Of a stretch of 64,000 nucleotides of DNA, positions 18,975 to 30,630 are shown one piece after another. Location of the stretch: assembly GCA_026398935.1 (NCBI GenBank), contig JAPLRW010000271.1, positions 1,132-65,131 on the forward strand. The letters run 5' to 3'. The notes beneath the pieces were generated by a model that saw only the letters and a program-made list of their open reading frames with translations, did not search any database and was not told the DNA's origin. The translations under genes were made by a program, and so were the position numbers. Each line of letters starts with the position of its first letter. Position 1 is the stretch's first letter. The DNA comes from Methylococcales bacterium (GTDB lineage Bacteria; Pseudomonadota; Gammaproteobacteria; Methylococcales; Methylomonadaceae).

Positions 18975-19354
18975 TAACTATCCTCTCCAACTTCAATGAC
19001 ATCATCAAATGTAACCAAAACACTGGCATTACCCATAATTTTTTCTACCACTTCGTAAGCGACTTGAACTTTTACATAACTGCCGCGTTTAGTAATTTTA
19101 ACATCGTTATAGTCAATGGCATTGACATAATCCATGCTAAAACGTTTCGCAATACTGACTTTAATCTCTCCTGCTGACTGGTTAGGCAGCTCCGGTGACG
19201 CTTTTAATGCATTTAAAGAACTAACGACTTTTCTATGATCCATATAAATGGGTGCAATTTTTAATATCAACAGCACAAAAAAACCAACAATCCCTAAAAC
19301 AAATATTAACGAAATAAACGTTAAACCTTTTTCTCGCTTCGGCGTTAAACTCAT
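18974..19354 (-). CDS. DUF4845-like small membrane-anchored protein
   Basis: 126 aa with a single N-terminal TM (GLTFISLIFVLGIVGFFVLLILKIAPIY). It sits in the conserved slot between lepB and rnc in gammaproteobacteria. Its stop overlaps the rnc start. Confidence 0.6.
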   Translation of the reverse strand: MSLTPKREKGLTFISLIFVLGIVGFFVLLILKIAPIYMDHRKVVSSLNALKASPELPNQSAGEIKVSIAKRFSMDYVNAIDYNDVKITKRGSYVKVQVAYEVVEKIMGNASVLVTFDDVIEVGEDS

Positions 19355-19376
19355 AGCAACCTCTTCGTGTTTATGG

Positions 19377-20153
19377 TTATTTTAAAACAGTACCAATTCG
19401 GTCAAAACCGACGCCTTTGTTATCAAGATCCCAGCTCATCCAAATAAAAAAAGCTTTGCCGACTAAGTTTTGTTCAGGCACAAAGCCCCAATAACGACTG
19501 TCATTACTGTTATCACGGTTATCACCCATCACAAAATAGTGTCCTTCCGGCACTTGGTAGACGCCTTCGACAGACGGCGCGCCAGTTTTGATAAGTATGT
19601 CGTGCTCAATAGAGTCAAGATTTTCACGCTTATGTTCTGCGCCGGACATATCTTCTCCTTGACCAACCCCCTGATAGACACCAAGAGACGCTTGTGTAAC
19701 GGGCTTGTCGTTAATACGCAAGGTTTTATCGTAATACGAGATACGATCACCCGGCAAGCCAATGACGCGCTTAATATAATCAACAGTGGGGTCTTTTGGA
19801 AAACGAAACACCACAATGTCGCCATGCTGCGGTGAATTTAACGTGATGATTTTAGTATTAATAACCGGCAGACGAATCCCATAGGTAAATTTATTGACTA
19901 AAATAAAATCACCAACCAATAAAGTGGGCATCATTGAGCCAGATGGAATACGAAACGGCTCAACTAAAAATGAGCGCAGCAACAATACGATTAAGACAAT
20001 CGGAAAAAATGAGCGTGCGGTTTCAATGAGCCAAGGCTCAGTGGTTTCATCAAATTCACGCCCTACTTTTTTGAGATAAAGCAAATACCCCGCCCAAATA
20101 AGGCCGGTAACAACCGTGGCAATGAGTAGAAAAAAAGAGAAATCAATATCCAT
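19377..20153 (-). CDS. lepB: signal peptidase I
   Basis: Catalytic-Ser box IPSGSMMPTLLVGDFILVNKF, then GDNRDNSNDSRYWGFV. It lies downstream of lepA. Confidence 0.95.
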   Translation of the reverse strand: MDIDFSFFLLIATVVTGLIWAGYLLYLKKVGREFDETTEPWLIETARSFFPIVLIVLLLRSFLVEPFRIPSGSMMPTLLVGDFILVNKFTYGIRLPVINTKIITLNSPQHGDIVVFRFPKDPTVDYIKRVIGLPGDRISYYDKTLRINDKPVTQASLGVYQGVGQGEDMSGAEHKRENLDSIEHDILIKTGAPSVEGVYQVPEGHYFVMGDNRDNSNDSRYWGFVPEQNLVGKAFFIWMSWDLDNKGVGFDRIGTVLK

Positions 20154-20228
20154 GAGTTACTTATTGAGTTGTTTGTTTAAATAGATGCAAGGAAAAAAGG
20201 GCTTAAATTAGAATGTAGCAATGCACTA

Positions 20229-22028
20229 TTATTCTTTATTAAGCTGCAATACCGCCAGAAACGCTTCTTGGGGAATTTCAATGCTGCCCACTTGCTTCAT
20301 ACGTTTTTTACCTGCTTTTTGTTTTTCCAGTAATTTTTTCTTACGACTAATGTCGCCGCCATAACATTTCGCGGTAACATTTTTACGCAATGCTTTCACA
20401 GTTGAGCGGGCAATAATTTTAGCGCCTATTGCCGCCTGTATGGCAACATCGTACATTTGCCGGGGAATAAGTTCTTGCATTTTATCAACCAGTTCACGTC
20501 CACGCGTATTGCTTAAATCTCTATGTACAATGATGGATAACGCATCGACTTTCTCCGCATTAATCAGTACATCCAACTTAACCAGCGCCGCCTCTTCAAA
20601 GCGTAAAAATTCGTAATCGAAGGATGCAAAGCCACGACTCACTGATTTTAAGCGATCAAAAAAATCTAAAACCACTTCGCTCATCGGCAATTCGTAATGT
20701 AATGATACTTGCCGTCCAACATACTGCATGTCTTTTTGTACGCCACGTTTTTCAATACATAACGTAATAACATTACCCAAGTAGGCTTGCGGCACTAAAA
20801 TATTTGCGCGGATGATGGGCTCTCTAATCACCTTAATTAACCCTTGTTCGGGTAATTTAGCGGGATTATCTACCATCAAGATCTGGTCATTTTGCGTAAT
20901 AACTTCGTAAATAACCGATGGCGCGGTAGTGATCAGATCAACATCATATTCGCGCTCTAGCCGTTCCTGCACAATCTCCATGTGCAGCATGCCTAAAAAG
21001 CCGCAACGAAAGCCAAAGCCTAGCGCTTCTGATGTTTCCGGTTCAAATACTAAGGCGGCATCATTCAGGTTTAACTTATTTAAGGATTCGCGCAAGCTTT
21101 CATAGTCATCGGTACTGACCGGATATAAGCCTGCAAATACGCGTGGCTGTACCTTTTGGAAGCCGCTTAAGGGTTCTGACGCGGGATTGTCAGTTAAGGT
21201 GATGGTGTCACCAACGGGCGCCCCAAAAATATCTTTAATACCCGCAACAACAAAACCTACCTCACCGGTATTTAAGCTGTCACGCTCAACACGTTTAGGG
21301 GTAAATACACCGACTTTATCCACAAGGAACGATTTTCCCGTAGACATAATGGTCATTTTCTGTTTTTTACGGATACTGCCGTGCATAACCCGCACCAAAG
21401 AGACTACCCCTAAATAACTGTCGAACCATGAATCTATAATCAATGCTTGCAACGGGCCATCAAGATTGCCTTGTGGGGGCGGGACTTTGACCACCAGCTG
21501 TTCCAGCACATCCAATACGCCTAATCCCGTCTTGGCGCTAATTTGCAGGGCTTCATCCGCGGGGATACCGATGACTTCTTCAATTTCTGCCATTACCCGT
21601 TCTGGCTCAGCAGAGGGCAGATCAATTTTATTCAACACGGGCACAACTTCCAGCCCTTGCTCAATAGCGGTATAGCAATTTGCAACACTTTGCGCTTCCA
21701 CGCCTTGTGCGGCATCCACGACTAACAACGCCCCTTCGCAAGCCGCCAGTGACCTTGAGACTTCGTAAGAAAAATCAACGTGTCCAGGCGTATCGATAAA
21801 ATTAAGCTGGTAAATCTCACCATCTTTGGATTTAAAATCCAACGTGACGCTTTGCGCCTTAATGGTAATGCCACGCTCACGCTCTATATCCATAGAGTCA
21901 AGCACTTGCGCCGACATCTCCCGATCGGTCAAGCCGCCACACAATTGAATAAACCGATCGGCTAACGTCGATTTACCATGATCGATGTGCGCAATAATGG
22001 AGAAGTTTCTGATATGTTTTAAATCCAC
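20229..22028 (-). CDS. lepA: translation elongation factor 4
   Basis: 599 aa with a GTPase N-terminus ([33 protein letters not shown]) and the LepA-specific C-terminal domain. Confidence 0.98.
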   Translation of the reverse strand: MDLKHIRNFSIIAHIDHGKSTLADRFIQLCGGLTDREMSAQVLDSMDIERERGITIKAQSVTLDFKSKDGEIYQLNFIDTPGHVDFSYEVSRSLAACEGALLVVDAAQGVEAQSVANCYTAIEQGLEVVPVLNKIDLPSAEPERVMAEIEEVIGIPADEALQISAKTGLGVLDVLEQLVVKVPPPQGNLDGPLQALIIDSWFDSYLGVVSLVRVMHGSIRKKQKMTIMSTGKSFLVDKVGVFTPKRVERDSLNTGEVGFVVAGIKDIFGAPVGDTITLTDNPASEPLSGFQKVQPRVFAGLYPVSTDDYESLRESLNKLNLNDAALVFEPETSEALGFGFRCGFLGMLHMEIVQERLEREYDVDLITTAPSVIYEVITQNDQILMVDNPAKLPEQGLIKVIREPIIRANILVPQAYLGNVITLCIEKRGVQKDMQYVGRQVSLHYELPMSEVVLDFFDRLKSVSRGFASFDYEFLRFEEAALVKLDVLINAEKVDALSIIVHRDLSNTRGRELVDKMQELIPRQMYDVAIQAAIGAKIIARSTVKALRKNVTAKCYGGDISRKKKLLEKQKAGKKRMKQVGSIEIPQEAFLAVLQLNKE

Positions 22029-22372
22029 TTAAATGTCAACTTGTGATGAGATTATTAAGGCGTTATGCCACGCAGTACGAAGAATTAAACGTGTGTCACA
22101 TCGGCAGATGCAGCTTGATACTTAAGCAAGTGCTTAGATACCTGTTGTTCGCCGAGTATGGAACCGCAGACGCGGATTTAGCCACAGGATGCAAAAAATT
22201 CACATAGACAAAAGATAAAACGTTTTTCTGGATGGCGATAACGGTATTACACGCGGCAATTATAGCAGAATAGTCACCAAAAGAATGCGTCAACGCCAGT
22301 GTTTCATCAAACCTTAGTGCGAAATATGCGCTGGATTAGCATAATAATCATATGCTTTCAGTGTTGCAGGTA

Positions 22373-22399
22373 TTCAGCGGCAACGCAGCTGCCGCTGAA
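22373..22399 (-). terminator. 10-bp stem / 7-nt loop hairpin downstream of mucD (no U-tract)
   Basis: TTCAGCGGCA (22373-22382) pairs with TGCCGCTGAA (22390-22399). It lies 60 nt past the mucD stop. No T-run follows on either strand, so terminator function is uncertain. Confidence 0.3.
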
Positions 22400-22459
22400 C
22401 AAAGGGACGTATTCGCTGTCGGCGGTTATGCTGCCAGCGAAGTAGAGCGACAAATAAAC

Positions 22460-23851
22460 TTATTTATCAATTTTAAGCGCTAAAAAGACTGGGCTATCAC
22501 GGCGTTGAATTAATAATGCGACTGATTTTCCGGCGGGGAGATTTTTAACAATTTTTTCAAAATCAGCCACATTTTCAACCATGGCGTTCTGAATTCTTAA
22601 AATAACATCACCACGTTGAATACCTGCTTCTAACCCAGGGCCTTTTGCCACTTCCTGCACTAAGACGCCGCCCTGATTTATTTTCAATTGTTCACGTTGC
22701 TCATCATTCAGGCTGGTAACCGTAACGCCAAAGCGATTACTGATTTTAGGTGCGGCGGTATCGGCAGCTAACTGCGCCTCTTCCGGTAATAAACCAATGG
22801 TAATTGGCGCGGTTTTCTTATCACCTTGCCGAATAAATTTAACCTCTGAGGCTTGATCAATCGGCGTCATACCTACCATCGGTGGTAATTCACCCGAGGT
22901 TTCTATTACATGGCCATTAAATTCAATGATGACATCCCCAATCTGTAATCCCGCTTTTTCCGCCGGACTATCGGGAATAACCTTAGCAACCAATGCGCCC
23001 TGTGGTTTACTCATACCAAAAGACTCGGCCAATTCACGCGTGACATCTTGGATTTGCACACCCAACCAGCCGCGTGATACTTTGCCTTTGGCTTTAATTT
23101 GACCAACCACGTTCATGACCACGTCCATCGGGATGGCAAAAGATAAGCCCATATAACCGCCGGACTGACTGTAAATTTGCGAGTTGATTCCCACAACCTT
23201 ACCTTCCATATTAAATAATGGCCCGCCGGAGTTACCGGGGTTGATAGCAACATCGGTCTGAATAAACGGGACATAATTACCGCCCGGCAAGCTTCGACCT
23301 TTAGCACTGACGATACCGGCAGTGACAGATTGATCAAAACCAAAGGGTGAGCCGATTGCCAATACCCATTCCCCCACCTTTAATTTGTTGGCGTCACCAA
23401 TAGACACGGTCGGTAAATTGACCGCGTTAATTTTCAATACAGCAATATCGGTGCTTGGGTCTGAACCGATCAATTTGGCGACTAACTCACGTCTATCAGA
23501 TAATTTAACGACAATTTCTTGCGCATCGTCGACAACATGATGATTGGTCAATACATAGCCATCACTGGACAAAATAAACCCAGAACCCAATGCTTTTGAG
23601 TTTCTAGGCATTAAATCACCGCCCTGACCCTGTCCGAAACGTTTAAAAAGCTCCTCCATTTCAGGCGGCATGCCTTCGGGCAGTTGTTGCAATTGAGCCG
23701 GCCCTTTGTCCGGCGCATTGTGCGAACTGCTAATGTTGACAATAGCACCGCCATTCTTTTCAACCATTTCTGTAAAATCAGGGAGCTGTGCCAGTGTAGC
23801 TTCACTAACAAGCAACAATAACGCAACCGACCAAGCCTTTGTATTGAGCAT
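22460..23851 (-). CDS. mucD: periplasmic serine endoprotease, DegP/DegQ/MucD (HtrA) family
   Basis: Signal peptide, trypsin-like domain with GNSGGPLFN, and two PDZ domains. It is the last gene of the rpoE-rseA-rseB block, as in the Pseudomonas algU-mucABCD arrangement. Confidence 0.9.
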   Translation of the reverse strand: MLNTKAWSVALLLLVSEATLAQLPDFTEMVEKNGGAIVNISSSHNAPDKGPAQLQQLPEGMPPEMEELFKRFGQGQGGDLMPRNSKALGSGFILSSDGYVLTNHHVVDDAQEIVVKLSDRRELVAKLIGSDPSTDIAVLKINAVNLPTVSIGDANKLKVGEWVLAIGSPFGFDQSVTAGIVSAKGRSLPGGNYVPFIQTDVAINPGNSGGPLFNMEGKVVGINSQIYSQSGGYMGLSFAIPMDVVMNVVGQIKAKGKVSRGWLGVQIQDVTRELAESFGMSKPQGALVAKVIPDSPAEKAGLQIGDVIIEFNGHVIETSGELPPMVGMTPIDQASEVKFIRQGDKKTAPITIGLLPEEAQLAADTAAPKISNRFGVTVTSLNDEQREQLKINQGGVLVQEVAKGPGLEAGIQRGDVILRIQNAMVENVADFEKIVKNLPAGKSVALLIQRRDSPVFLALKIDK

Positions 23852-24008
23852 AAATTTTCCTTTAAAACGCTAAAATAAAAAAATAGTATAGTCATTCAGA
23901 CGGTTTTGTCCTGTGTAGCAACAAAGATGCATACGCGAGATAGGCACTGTATTATCTGAACGGCTAATTTTAACGAACATATCGCGGCAATTTCTTAACA
24001 GACAACCC

Positions 24009-24980
24009 CTACTGTTCAGTAAACACAATGCCTTGTGCGATAAGTTCTACTGTTGCAGCAGGAACATCGCCCAGCACAGTTATTGAATAATCGCCTATAA
24101 CGCGACTTAACGAATTAACCGCACCAGCGGTTTGTAGCCCAGCATGAAAGTTCTGTGGATTCTTTTCTACATATACCGATACCGAACTTAAGCCATCACT
24201 TAACAATAGTTGTTCTACGGCTTTATTTGATGGGTGCAAATGCGTACGGATAAACGCGCGCTTTTCAAACCCATCGGGCAAATTGTGTAATTGAAAAGGC
24301 AATTGCTCAATACCCAGCGCTTCGAACTGGTGAATGTGCTGCACCTTCTTATCCGCCATGGCAATATCGACTTTAGTGAGCCCGTCTACCACACGCAAAT
24401 CGGTAAAGATGACTTGTTCTAATGTCTCGCCGGTAAAATCCTGCACTTCAATCTTTAGTGGCAAATGTGATTGTTTTGCGATCCAATATTTCCGCGTGTA
24501 CCGAAATTGATCTACTGGCTTAATAAGCATAACATCCGCAGCTTGTAGCGCCACTTGCGCCTCATGTTCTACCGCTAACGTGTACTGTTTCTCAAGCATA
24601 GAAAGATCCTTAGGCAAATCCAATAAAAATGATTGCCCTACCGGCTTGTGATCAATAACAACCTGCTGTGCAGCTTTAAATAAGCAACTTACTTGATCGG
24701 CATCTCTGATGACTTCTCGCAACGGTGAGTTTAACGACACCAAGCGCTCTTGCTCTACGCCCTTTTGCATGGTATGAAAATAGTGCAACGTATCCAGCTT
24801 GGCATTTTTCAAAATGGCGAGCGTGCCTTGATAATTAAGCGACGCCATCGCCTGCTGCATAGCGATCAACAGCGATAATGGCTTGTCCTCAGCTTCTCCC
24901 GCCACACTCGAACCGATGAATGAAAGCGCACCCAGCAGCGCCAGCCAACGCAACATACTACGCTTACTCTCCTTGATCAT
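24009..24980 (-). CDS. rseB: sigma-E regulatory protein RseB/MucB
   Basis: It follows the anti-sigma gene and is periplasmic, with signal peptide ..MLRWLALLGALSFIGSSVAG. The start is ambiguous: Met at 24980 or Met at 24956, the latter preceded by AAGGAG. The 25040 start in the ORF track looks too long. Confidence 0.8.
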   Translation of the reverse strand: MIKESKRSMLRWLALLGALSFIGSSVAGEAEDKPLSLLIAMQQAMASLNYQGTLAILKNAKLDTLHYFHTMQKGVEQERLVSLNSPLREVIRDADQVSCLFKAAQQVVIDHKPVGQSFLLDLPKDLSMLEKQYTLAVEHEAQVALQAADVMLIKPVDQFRYTRKYWIAKQSHLPLKIEVQDFTGETLEQVIFTDLRVVDGLTKVDIAMADKKVQHIHQFEALGIEQLPFQLHNLPDGFEKRAFIRTHLHPSNKAVEQLLLSDGLSSVSVYVEKNPQNFHAGLQTAGAVNSLSRVIGDYSITVLGDVPAATVELIAQGIVFTEQ

Positions 24981-25512
24981 AGCTCGCCAATTGTGTGCGA
25001 TATTGGAGATCGGCAGCGCCGTTGGTATACAAGCTGCCATTATGTGCTTGCAAGTAGCCCTGAAAGCGCTGATTGACCGGATACAAATGCAGTGGTTGCG
25101 CAGATTTGGCAGGTATTAGTTTGCCATATGTCTGCTCTGTACTGGCTAATGCCATGCGGGTCTGCTCAGTATTGATCTTCATGCTGACCGGAATAATAAT
25201 TGCCGCCGCCGTTATCGACGCGGCAAGCGCCAAGGCTGCCGTTTTATAGTGCTGCGATTTTGGCCGCCGTTGCGGTAATAAATAAACAGGTTCCGAAGCA
25301 AGTTTCTGGGTTATTTGCGCTGAAAACGTTGCATCAGCTACGGGTACCGGTCTTGCTCTTAATGCTTGATTGATTAGCTGGTAGCGGTGCATCGTCGCTT
25401 GTAAATCGGGCTGTTGCTGCATAGCGGTTAATAAGTGCAATGACTCCGACTGACTAAGATCATCATCGAGAAATTGTGACACTTTTTTATGTAATGGGTT
25501 AGTCATCATCAA
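24964..25512 (-). CDS. rseA: anti-sigma-E factor RseA/MucA
   Basis: The N-terminal domain (KVSQFLDDDLSQSE..HRYQLINQALR) matches the RseA_N pattern, with a central TM helix. Its start overlaps the rpoE stop. Confidence 0.85.
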   Translation of the reverse strand: MMMTNPLHKKVSQFLDDDLSQSESLHLLTAMQQQPDLQATMHRYQLINQALRARPVPVADATFSAQITQKLASEPVYLLPQRRPKSQHYKTAALALAASITAAAIIIPVSMKINTEQTRMALASTEQTYGKLIPAKSAQPLHLYPVNQRFQGYLQAHNGSLYTNGAADLQYRTQLASYDQGE

Positions 25513-26108
25513 GTACCTTTTGTCAGTAAAGGGTTTAATTGTTTATCGATGGCTTCGCGCGCCCTGAATATACGTGAACGAATCGTCCCTACCGGACAAC
25601 TCATAATCTCTGCAATCTCTTCATAACTCATGCCATCTATTTCGCGCAGCATAATGGCGGTGCGCATATCTTCGGGTAATTCGTCAATAGCCGCGTTAAT
25701 CACCTGCAAAATTTCATCATTCAGCAGTAATTGCTCCGGCGTATCCATGCCATGTAATTGCGGGGCATTTTCAATTTGCTCGGCATCCTGAATATCTATA
25801 TCAAAATCATGACTACGCTTAGCTTTAGCGACCAAGAAATTTTTAGCCGTGTTAATAGTGATTCTGTATAGCCACGTATAAAAGGCGCTATCCCCCCTGA
25901 AATCACTCAGTGCACGATATGCTTTAATAAATGCTTCTTGGGCAATATCTTGCGCTTCACTAGGGTCTTTTACGTATCGGTTCGCTAATTGCGTAACTCT
26001 GTGCTGATATTTAATAACCAATAAATCAAAAGCACGCTTATCTCCCTGCTGCACCCGCAAAACCAAGTCGCTATCTAAATGTTCACTGGCTATACGCTGA
26101 CTATTCAC
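25509..26108 (-). CDS. rpoE: RNA polymerase sigma-24 factor RpoE/AlgU
   Basis: LVLRVQQGDKRAFDLLVIKYQHRV (region 2) and MSYEEIAEIMSCPVGTIRSRIFRAR (region 4 HTH). The start appears to be GTG at 26108. Confidence 0.95.
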   Translation of the reverse strand: MNSQRIASEHLDSDLVLRVQQGDKRAFDLLVIKYQHRVTQLANRYVKDPSEAQDIAQEAFIKAYRALSDFRGDSAFYTWLYRITINTAKNFLVAKAKRSHDFDIDIQDAEQIENAPQLHGMDTPEQLLLNDEILQVINAAIDELPEDMRTAIMLREIDGMSYEEIAEIMSCPVGTIRSRIFRAREAIDKQLNPLLTKGT

Positions 26109-26132
26109 CGTTTATTTTCTACCCTGCAATGG

Positions 26133-26159
26133 ATGGACAAAATTAAGCTATAGAAGTTC
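26133..26159 (-). promoter_or_regulatory. candidate sigma-E (AlgU-type) autoregulated promoter of rpoE
   Basis: The minus strand reads GAACTT (26159-26154), a 16-nt spacer, then TCCAT (26137-26133), about 25 nt upstream of the GTG start. The -35 matches the GAACTT consensus exactly. The -10 (TCnnA-type) matches only partly. Confidence 0.45.
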
Positions 26160-26325
26160 GATAGCGTTAAAAAAACTGCTATGATGTCGAAAAGCGTTAT
26201 TATCAAGCGTCAAAGATAAAGGCGCAAGGCTAATCGCTAAGGAGCGCTGTCTATCTCGCCGATTTTAGGCCTGCGATCAGTGTCGCGTTCAATCGTTCAT
26301 CCCTTACCCTTAAAAGCATAAACAT

Positions 26326-27927
26326 ATGAAGCCGCACGCTACAACGTATGATGTTCTCATTATTGGCAGCGGTGGTGCTGGCTTAAGCTTAGCATTGAAA
26401 CTGGCAAAAAGTGCTCGCGTTGCGGTGCTTTCAAAACAATCACTCCACGAAGGCAGTACGTTTTATGCTCAGGGCGGTATTTCAGCGGTAGTCGACGCGC
26501 AGGATTCAATCGCTTCCCACATAGCCGATACACTGGATGCGGGGGCGGGGCTTTGTGATCCTGAAATTGTGCGCTTAACTGCGTCTTACGGTAAGCAATG
26601 TATTGACTGGCTGCGCAGTCAAGGCGTGATTTTTACTGAAGAACAGAATGAGGAGGGGCAAACCCAGCTGCATTTAACCCGTGAAGGCGGTCATTCTCAT
26701 CGACGGGTTGTCCATAACGCCGACGCCACAGGCAAGGCTATCTCTGAAGCACTCGTTGCGCGTGCTCGCGAACACAGCAATATCGCATTATTTGAACATC
26801 ATAACGTCATTGATTTAATTGTTAGCGATAAAAAAAATCCACAGCAGAAAAAAGTTCACGGTGTTTATGTGCTTAATACGCAGCGGCAAGCCGTTGAATC
26901 GATAGCCGCTCGTATTGTGGTTCTTGCCACGGGCGGTGCTAACAAAGTATATTTATATTCTACCAATCCACATACCTCTAGTGGTGATGGTATCGCACTG
27001 GCTTGGCGTGCGGGTTGCCGGGTGTCCAATATGGAATTTATGCAATTTCACCCAACCTGCCTGTATCATGCAGGCGTCCCTTCGTTTTTAATCAGTGAAG
27101 CCGTGCGTGGTGAAGGCGGGTATTTGACCTTGCCCGATGGGACAAGGTTTATGGATCAGTATGATGTCCGATCAGAGTTAGCGCCCAGAGACATTGTTGC
27201 GCGAGCCATCGACAGCGAAATGAAAAAACGCGGCATTGATTGTGTTTACTTGGATATTAGCCACAAGCCAGCAGCGTTTATCCGCGAACATTTTCCGAGT
27301 ATTCATGAGCAATGCCTAAAATTAGGCCTCGACATTACTCGCCAACCGATTCCGGTTGTACCCGCGGCTCATTACACCTGTGGCGGTGTTTTAACCGATA
27401 GTTATGCGCGAACAGATATAGGTAATCTTTATGCTATTGGGGAGGTTGCTTGCACTGGCTTGCATGGTGCTAATCGCATGGCGAGCAATTCATTATTAGA
27501 ATGTTTTGTATTTGCTGAGCGCGCCAGCGAAGCAATTCTGCAACAATTACCGAACATCCCGACACCGCCAGCTATTCCCGCATGGGATGAGTCAAAAGTC
27601 ATTGATTCTGATGAAGAAGTTGTCATCTCCCATAATTGGGATGAATTACGCCGCTCCATGTGGGATTATGTCGGCATTGTACGCACCGATAAACGCCTTT
27701 GTCGCGCAATGCATCGGATAGAGATGCTTAAGGAAGAAATCAGTGAATATTACGGCAACTTCCGTGTCACCAGTGACTTACTGGAGCTGCGAAATCTAGT
27801 GATTGTGGCCGAACTGATTATTCGCTGTGCGCAATTGCGTAAAGAAAGTCGTGGACTGCACTTTACCGCCGACTATCCCTGCACTGATAATAGTCAGCCG
27901 CCAAAAAATACGATACTGACGCCATAG
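26326..27927 (+). CDS. nadB: L-aspartate oxidase
   Basis: FAD-binding N-terminus [17 protein letters not shown] and a fumarate-reductase/succinate-dehydrogenase-like fold. It is divergent from rpoE, as in E. coli and Pseudomonas. Confidence 0.95.
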   Translation: MKPHATTYDVLIIGSGGAGLSLALKLAKSARVAVLSKQSLHEGSTFYAQGGISAVVDAQDSIASHIADTLDAGAGLCDPEIVRLTASYGKQCIDWLRSQGVIFTEEQNEEGQTQLHLTREGGHSHRRVVHNADATGKAISEALVARAREHSNIALFEHHNVIDLIVSDKKNPQQKKVHGVYVLNTQRQAVESIAARIVVLATGGANKVYLYSTNPHTSSGDGIALAWRAGCRVSNMEFMQFHPTCLYHAGVPSFLISEAVRGEGGYLTLPDGTRFMDQYDVRSELAPRDIVARAIDSEMKKRGIDCVYLDISHKPAAFIREHFPSIHEQCLKLGLDITRQPIPVVPAAHYTCGGVLTDSYARTDIGNLYAIGEVACTGLHGANRMASNSLLECFVFAERASEAILQQLPNIPTPPAIPAWDESKVIDSDEEVVISHNWDELRRSMWDYVGIVRTDKRLCRAMHRIEMLKEEISEYYGNFRVTSDLLELRNLVIVAELIIRCAQLRKESRGLHFTADYPCTDNSQPPKNTILTP

Positions 27928-28208
27928 TGAGGCAAGCTGGGCAGGCGCTTTTTAAAGCGATGTCACGCAACAAGCATTAATACTGATAAAATAGGCATCA
28001 GTTGGCTGGCAGCACCCGCAGTGAAGGCCTTGACTCTTTCCCGATCTTACTTTAGACGGTTGCCATATTGACGGCGGCCGTTAATCATCTGGTCGGCAAA
28101 TGATAATGATGGCAGCGAACTCCCGCCGATGATATTTTTCAGCAACACACTTGGTATAGTTAAACTGACCGAGTACTGATCCTCCTTTTCGATTACACGA
28201 GAACATTC

Positions 28209-29519
28209 ATGACTACACCTCGCATAGGCTTTATCAGCTTAGGCTGCCCGAAAGCATTAGTTGATAGCGAACAAATTTTAACGCGCCTTCGAAGTGAAGG
28301 GTATCAGATTTCGCCAAGCTACCAAGACGCTGATTTAGTGATTGTTAACACCTGCGGCTTTATTGATGCTGCAGTTGAAGAGTCGCTAGACAGCATTGGT
28401 GAAGCATTGGCCGAAAATGGCCGCGTCATTGTTACTGGCTGCCTTGGCGCAAGAGCGGATGAAATCAGAGCACGCCACCCGGAAGTTTTAAAGATAACTG
28501 GCGCGCATGCTTTAGAAGAAGTGGTTAGTGCTGTGCATGAGCATTTGCCACCCTCGCACGATCCTTTTCTGCATCTTGTGCCGCCACAGGGCATTAAATT
28601 AACCCCAGACCATTATGCTTATTTAAAGATTTCGGAAGGCTGTAATCAACAGTGTAGTTTTTGCATTATTCCATCTATGCGGGGTCGCTTAGTCAGTCGC
28701 CCCATTAGCGATGTTTTACGCGAAGCAGAACAATTGGCGGCTGCAGGTGTAAAAGAACTTCTGGTTATCTCGCAAGATACCGGTGCGTACGGCGTTGATT
28801 TAAAATACCAAGCGGCACAATGGAAAGACACGACTATCCGCACGGATATTGTTGATTTAGCCTCGGCGCTGGGTGATTTGGGTATTTGGATTAGGATGCA
28901 CTATGTTTACCCCTATCCGCATATCGATAATATCATCCCCCTAATGGCTGAAGGCAAGATTTTGCCTTATCTGGACATTCCTTTTCAGCATGCGAGCAGT
29001 CGTATTCTTAAGCTGATGAAACGTCCCGCCGCCGCAGAAAACAATTTGGAGCGTATTCGTGCCTGGCGAAATGCGTGCCCTGACATTACCTTGCGCAGTA
29101 CTTTTATTGTGGGTTTTCCGGGTGAAACAGAGCAAGAATTTGAAGAGTTATTAACGTTTTTAAGCGCAGCTCAGCTTGATAGAGTGGGTGCTTTCGCGTA
29201 TTCGCCCGTTAATGGCGCTGCCGCTAATGCGCTGCCTGATCCTGTCGCTGAAGAAGTAAAAGAAGAGCGTCTTGCCCGCTTTATGGCGCATCAGGCCGAT
29301 ATTAGTGCAAATAGGTTGCAGCAACGTATTGGTCGAATTGAAACCGTACTGGTTGATGAGGTAGTTAGCGAGGGCGCAGTAGCTAGAAGTAAATCGGATG
29401 CACCTGAAATAGATGGCCAAGTATTTATTGATGGCGCAACGCATTTAAAAGTGGGGGATTTTGTTACAGTAGAAATCGAAGAAGCTGACGACTATGACTT
29501 ATGGGGTAAATTGGTCTAA
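28209..29519 (+). CDS. rimO: ribosomal protein S12 methylthiotransferase
   Basis: N-terminal MTTase domain ([16 protein letters not shown]), radical-SAM CxxxCxxC ([13 protein letters not shown]) and a C-terminal TRAM domain. Confidence 0.93.
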   Translation: MTTPRIGFISLGCPKALVDSEQILTRLRSEGYQISPSYQDADLVIVNTCGFIDAAVEESLDSIGEALAENGRVIVTGCLGARADEIRARHPEVLKITGAHALEEVVSAVHEHLPPSHDPFLHLVPPQGIKLTPDHYAYLKISEGCNQQCSFCIIPSMRGRLVSRPISDVLREAEQLAAAGVKELLVISQDTGAYGVDLKYQAAQWKDTTIRTDIVDLASALGDLGIWIRMHYVYPYPHIDNIIPLMAEGKILPYLDIPFQHASSRILKLMKRPAAAENNLERIRAWRNACPDITLRSTFIVGFPGETEQEFEELLTFLSAAQLDRVGAFAYSPVNGAAANALPDPVAEEVKEERLARFMAHQADISANRLQQRIGRIETVLVDEVVSEGAVARSKSDAPEIDGQVFIDGATHLKVGDFVTVEIEEADDYDLWGKLV

Positions 29520-29596
29520 CTTGCGATTATTATGGTCAAGGATGACTATAATAACTTGAATGGTTCGGGGGAGGGGTCTTGAGGGTGAATCAATAA

Positions 29597-29629
29597 CTCA
29601 GAGCCATTTAAATCTAAAACAGCTCTGAG
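29597..29629 (-). terminator. 8-bp stem hairpin between the convergent rimO and csp genes
   Basis: CTCAGAGC (29597-29604) pairs with GCTCTGAG (29622-29629) across a 17-nt loop. The minus strand then reads ttattgatt. Confidence 0.35.
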
Positions 29630-29649
29630 ATACCAGTTACAACGGATTA

Positions 29650-29859
29650 TTAAGCAGGAATAACATTCTCAGCTTGTGGTCCTTTCTGACCATTTGTTAC
29701 TTCCATAGTAACTTTTTGACCTTCTGCTAAGGATTTACGTCCACTGCCATTGATAGCGCTGTAATGAACGAAAACATCTTTACCACCTTCTTGCTCAATG
29801 AAACCGAAACCTTTCTCATCATTGAACCACTTAACAGTACCTGAAACTTGATTTGACAT
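29650..29859 (-). CDS. cold-shock protein, CspA family
   Basis: 69 aa with [15 protein letters not shown] (RNP1) and DVFVHYSAI (RNP2). Confidence 0.97.
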   Translation of the reverse strand: MSNQVSGTVKWFNDEKGFGFIEQEGGKDVFVHYSAINGSGRKSLAEGQKVTMEVTNGQKGPQAENVIPA

Positions 29860-30095
29860 ATTACTCTCTTGCTTAAAAATTTTACGCGTTTGCGCTGTGT
29901 AATTGAATCTAGCGACCTCATTTGAGATTCGCTACAGTGAATTCTACACCATTTATAAAAAAATGATACCCTAATTATTAAAATTAAATTAAATATATTT
30001 TTAATAACGAGCTATCTTATAGAAAATCATTTAAAAACAGCATGATGAATAAAATAACGCGTCATTCCGTCTTCGCAAGACTGTCGAAAACTTGC

Positions 30096-30629
30096 TTACT
30101 CGGCGCTATCCTTTGCCAACAACTCTTTTAAAGAGCGATACAGTAATAAAGCGGATTTCTGTGGCGCAGTACCAACAATTTCTTTTTTTGCACTGCGCAC
30201 CAAATGCCGCAGCTTCTGCCGGTCTGCCCCCGGATGTGCTGTTAATAATTGCGTCAGAACACCCTCTTCACCGCTAAGTAATTGATCGCGCCAGCGCTCA
30301 GCAACATGATGTTCTCTAACCGCATGCGCACTTTTACTCTGCAATCGTGCCAGCTTTTCTTGCAGCGGCGCAATATCGGTCTTTCTCAATATGGCACAAA
30401 TGTATTTCATTTGTCGCTTGCGCGCGCCAGTAGGCGGCATGTCAGATGCGGCAACAATAGCTTTATACAGCCCAACATCTAAATCAAACTGATTAAGCTG
30501 CGCCGCCGACAATGCGGCAAGCTCCTCCGCAAAAGCGGCAAGCTCAGCTATATCACGCTTAATCTGACTTTTATTCGGCCTGATTGCATAATAATCAACA
30601 CCATTTTCATCCAATTCTTCTTCGTACAT
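30096..30629 (-). CDS. yjgA: ribosome-associated protein YjgA (DUF615/DarP family)
   Basis: 177 aa with an acidic N-terminus then RPNKSQIKRDIAEL, the typical YjgA opening. It is helical and basic throughout. Confidence 0.8.
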   Translation of the reverse strand: MYEEELDENGVDYYAIRPNKSQIKRDIAELAAFAEELAALSAAQLNQFDLDVGLYKAIVAASDMPPTGARKRQMKYICAILRKTDIAPLQEKLARLQSKSAHAVREHHVAERWRDQLLSGEEGVLTQLLTAHPGADRQKLRHLVRSAKKEIVGTAPQKSALLLYRSLKELLAKDSAE

Positions 30630-30630
30630 C

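Noticed and set aside
22096-22293. A 65-aa ORF in the lepA-mucD intergenic region.
   Set aside because: It has no motif and no RBS, and it lies where the lepA promoter is expected. It is probably non-coding.
29860-30095. A long AT-rich region upstream of the csp gene that might be a cold-shock 5' UTR thermosensor.
   Set aside because: This is plausible from general CspA biology. I can identify neither a transcription start nor a cold-box sequence, so I make no specific call.
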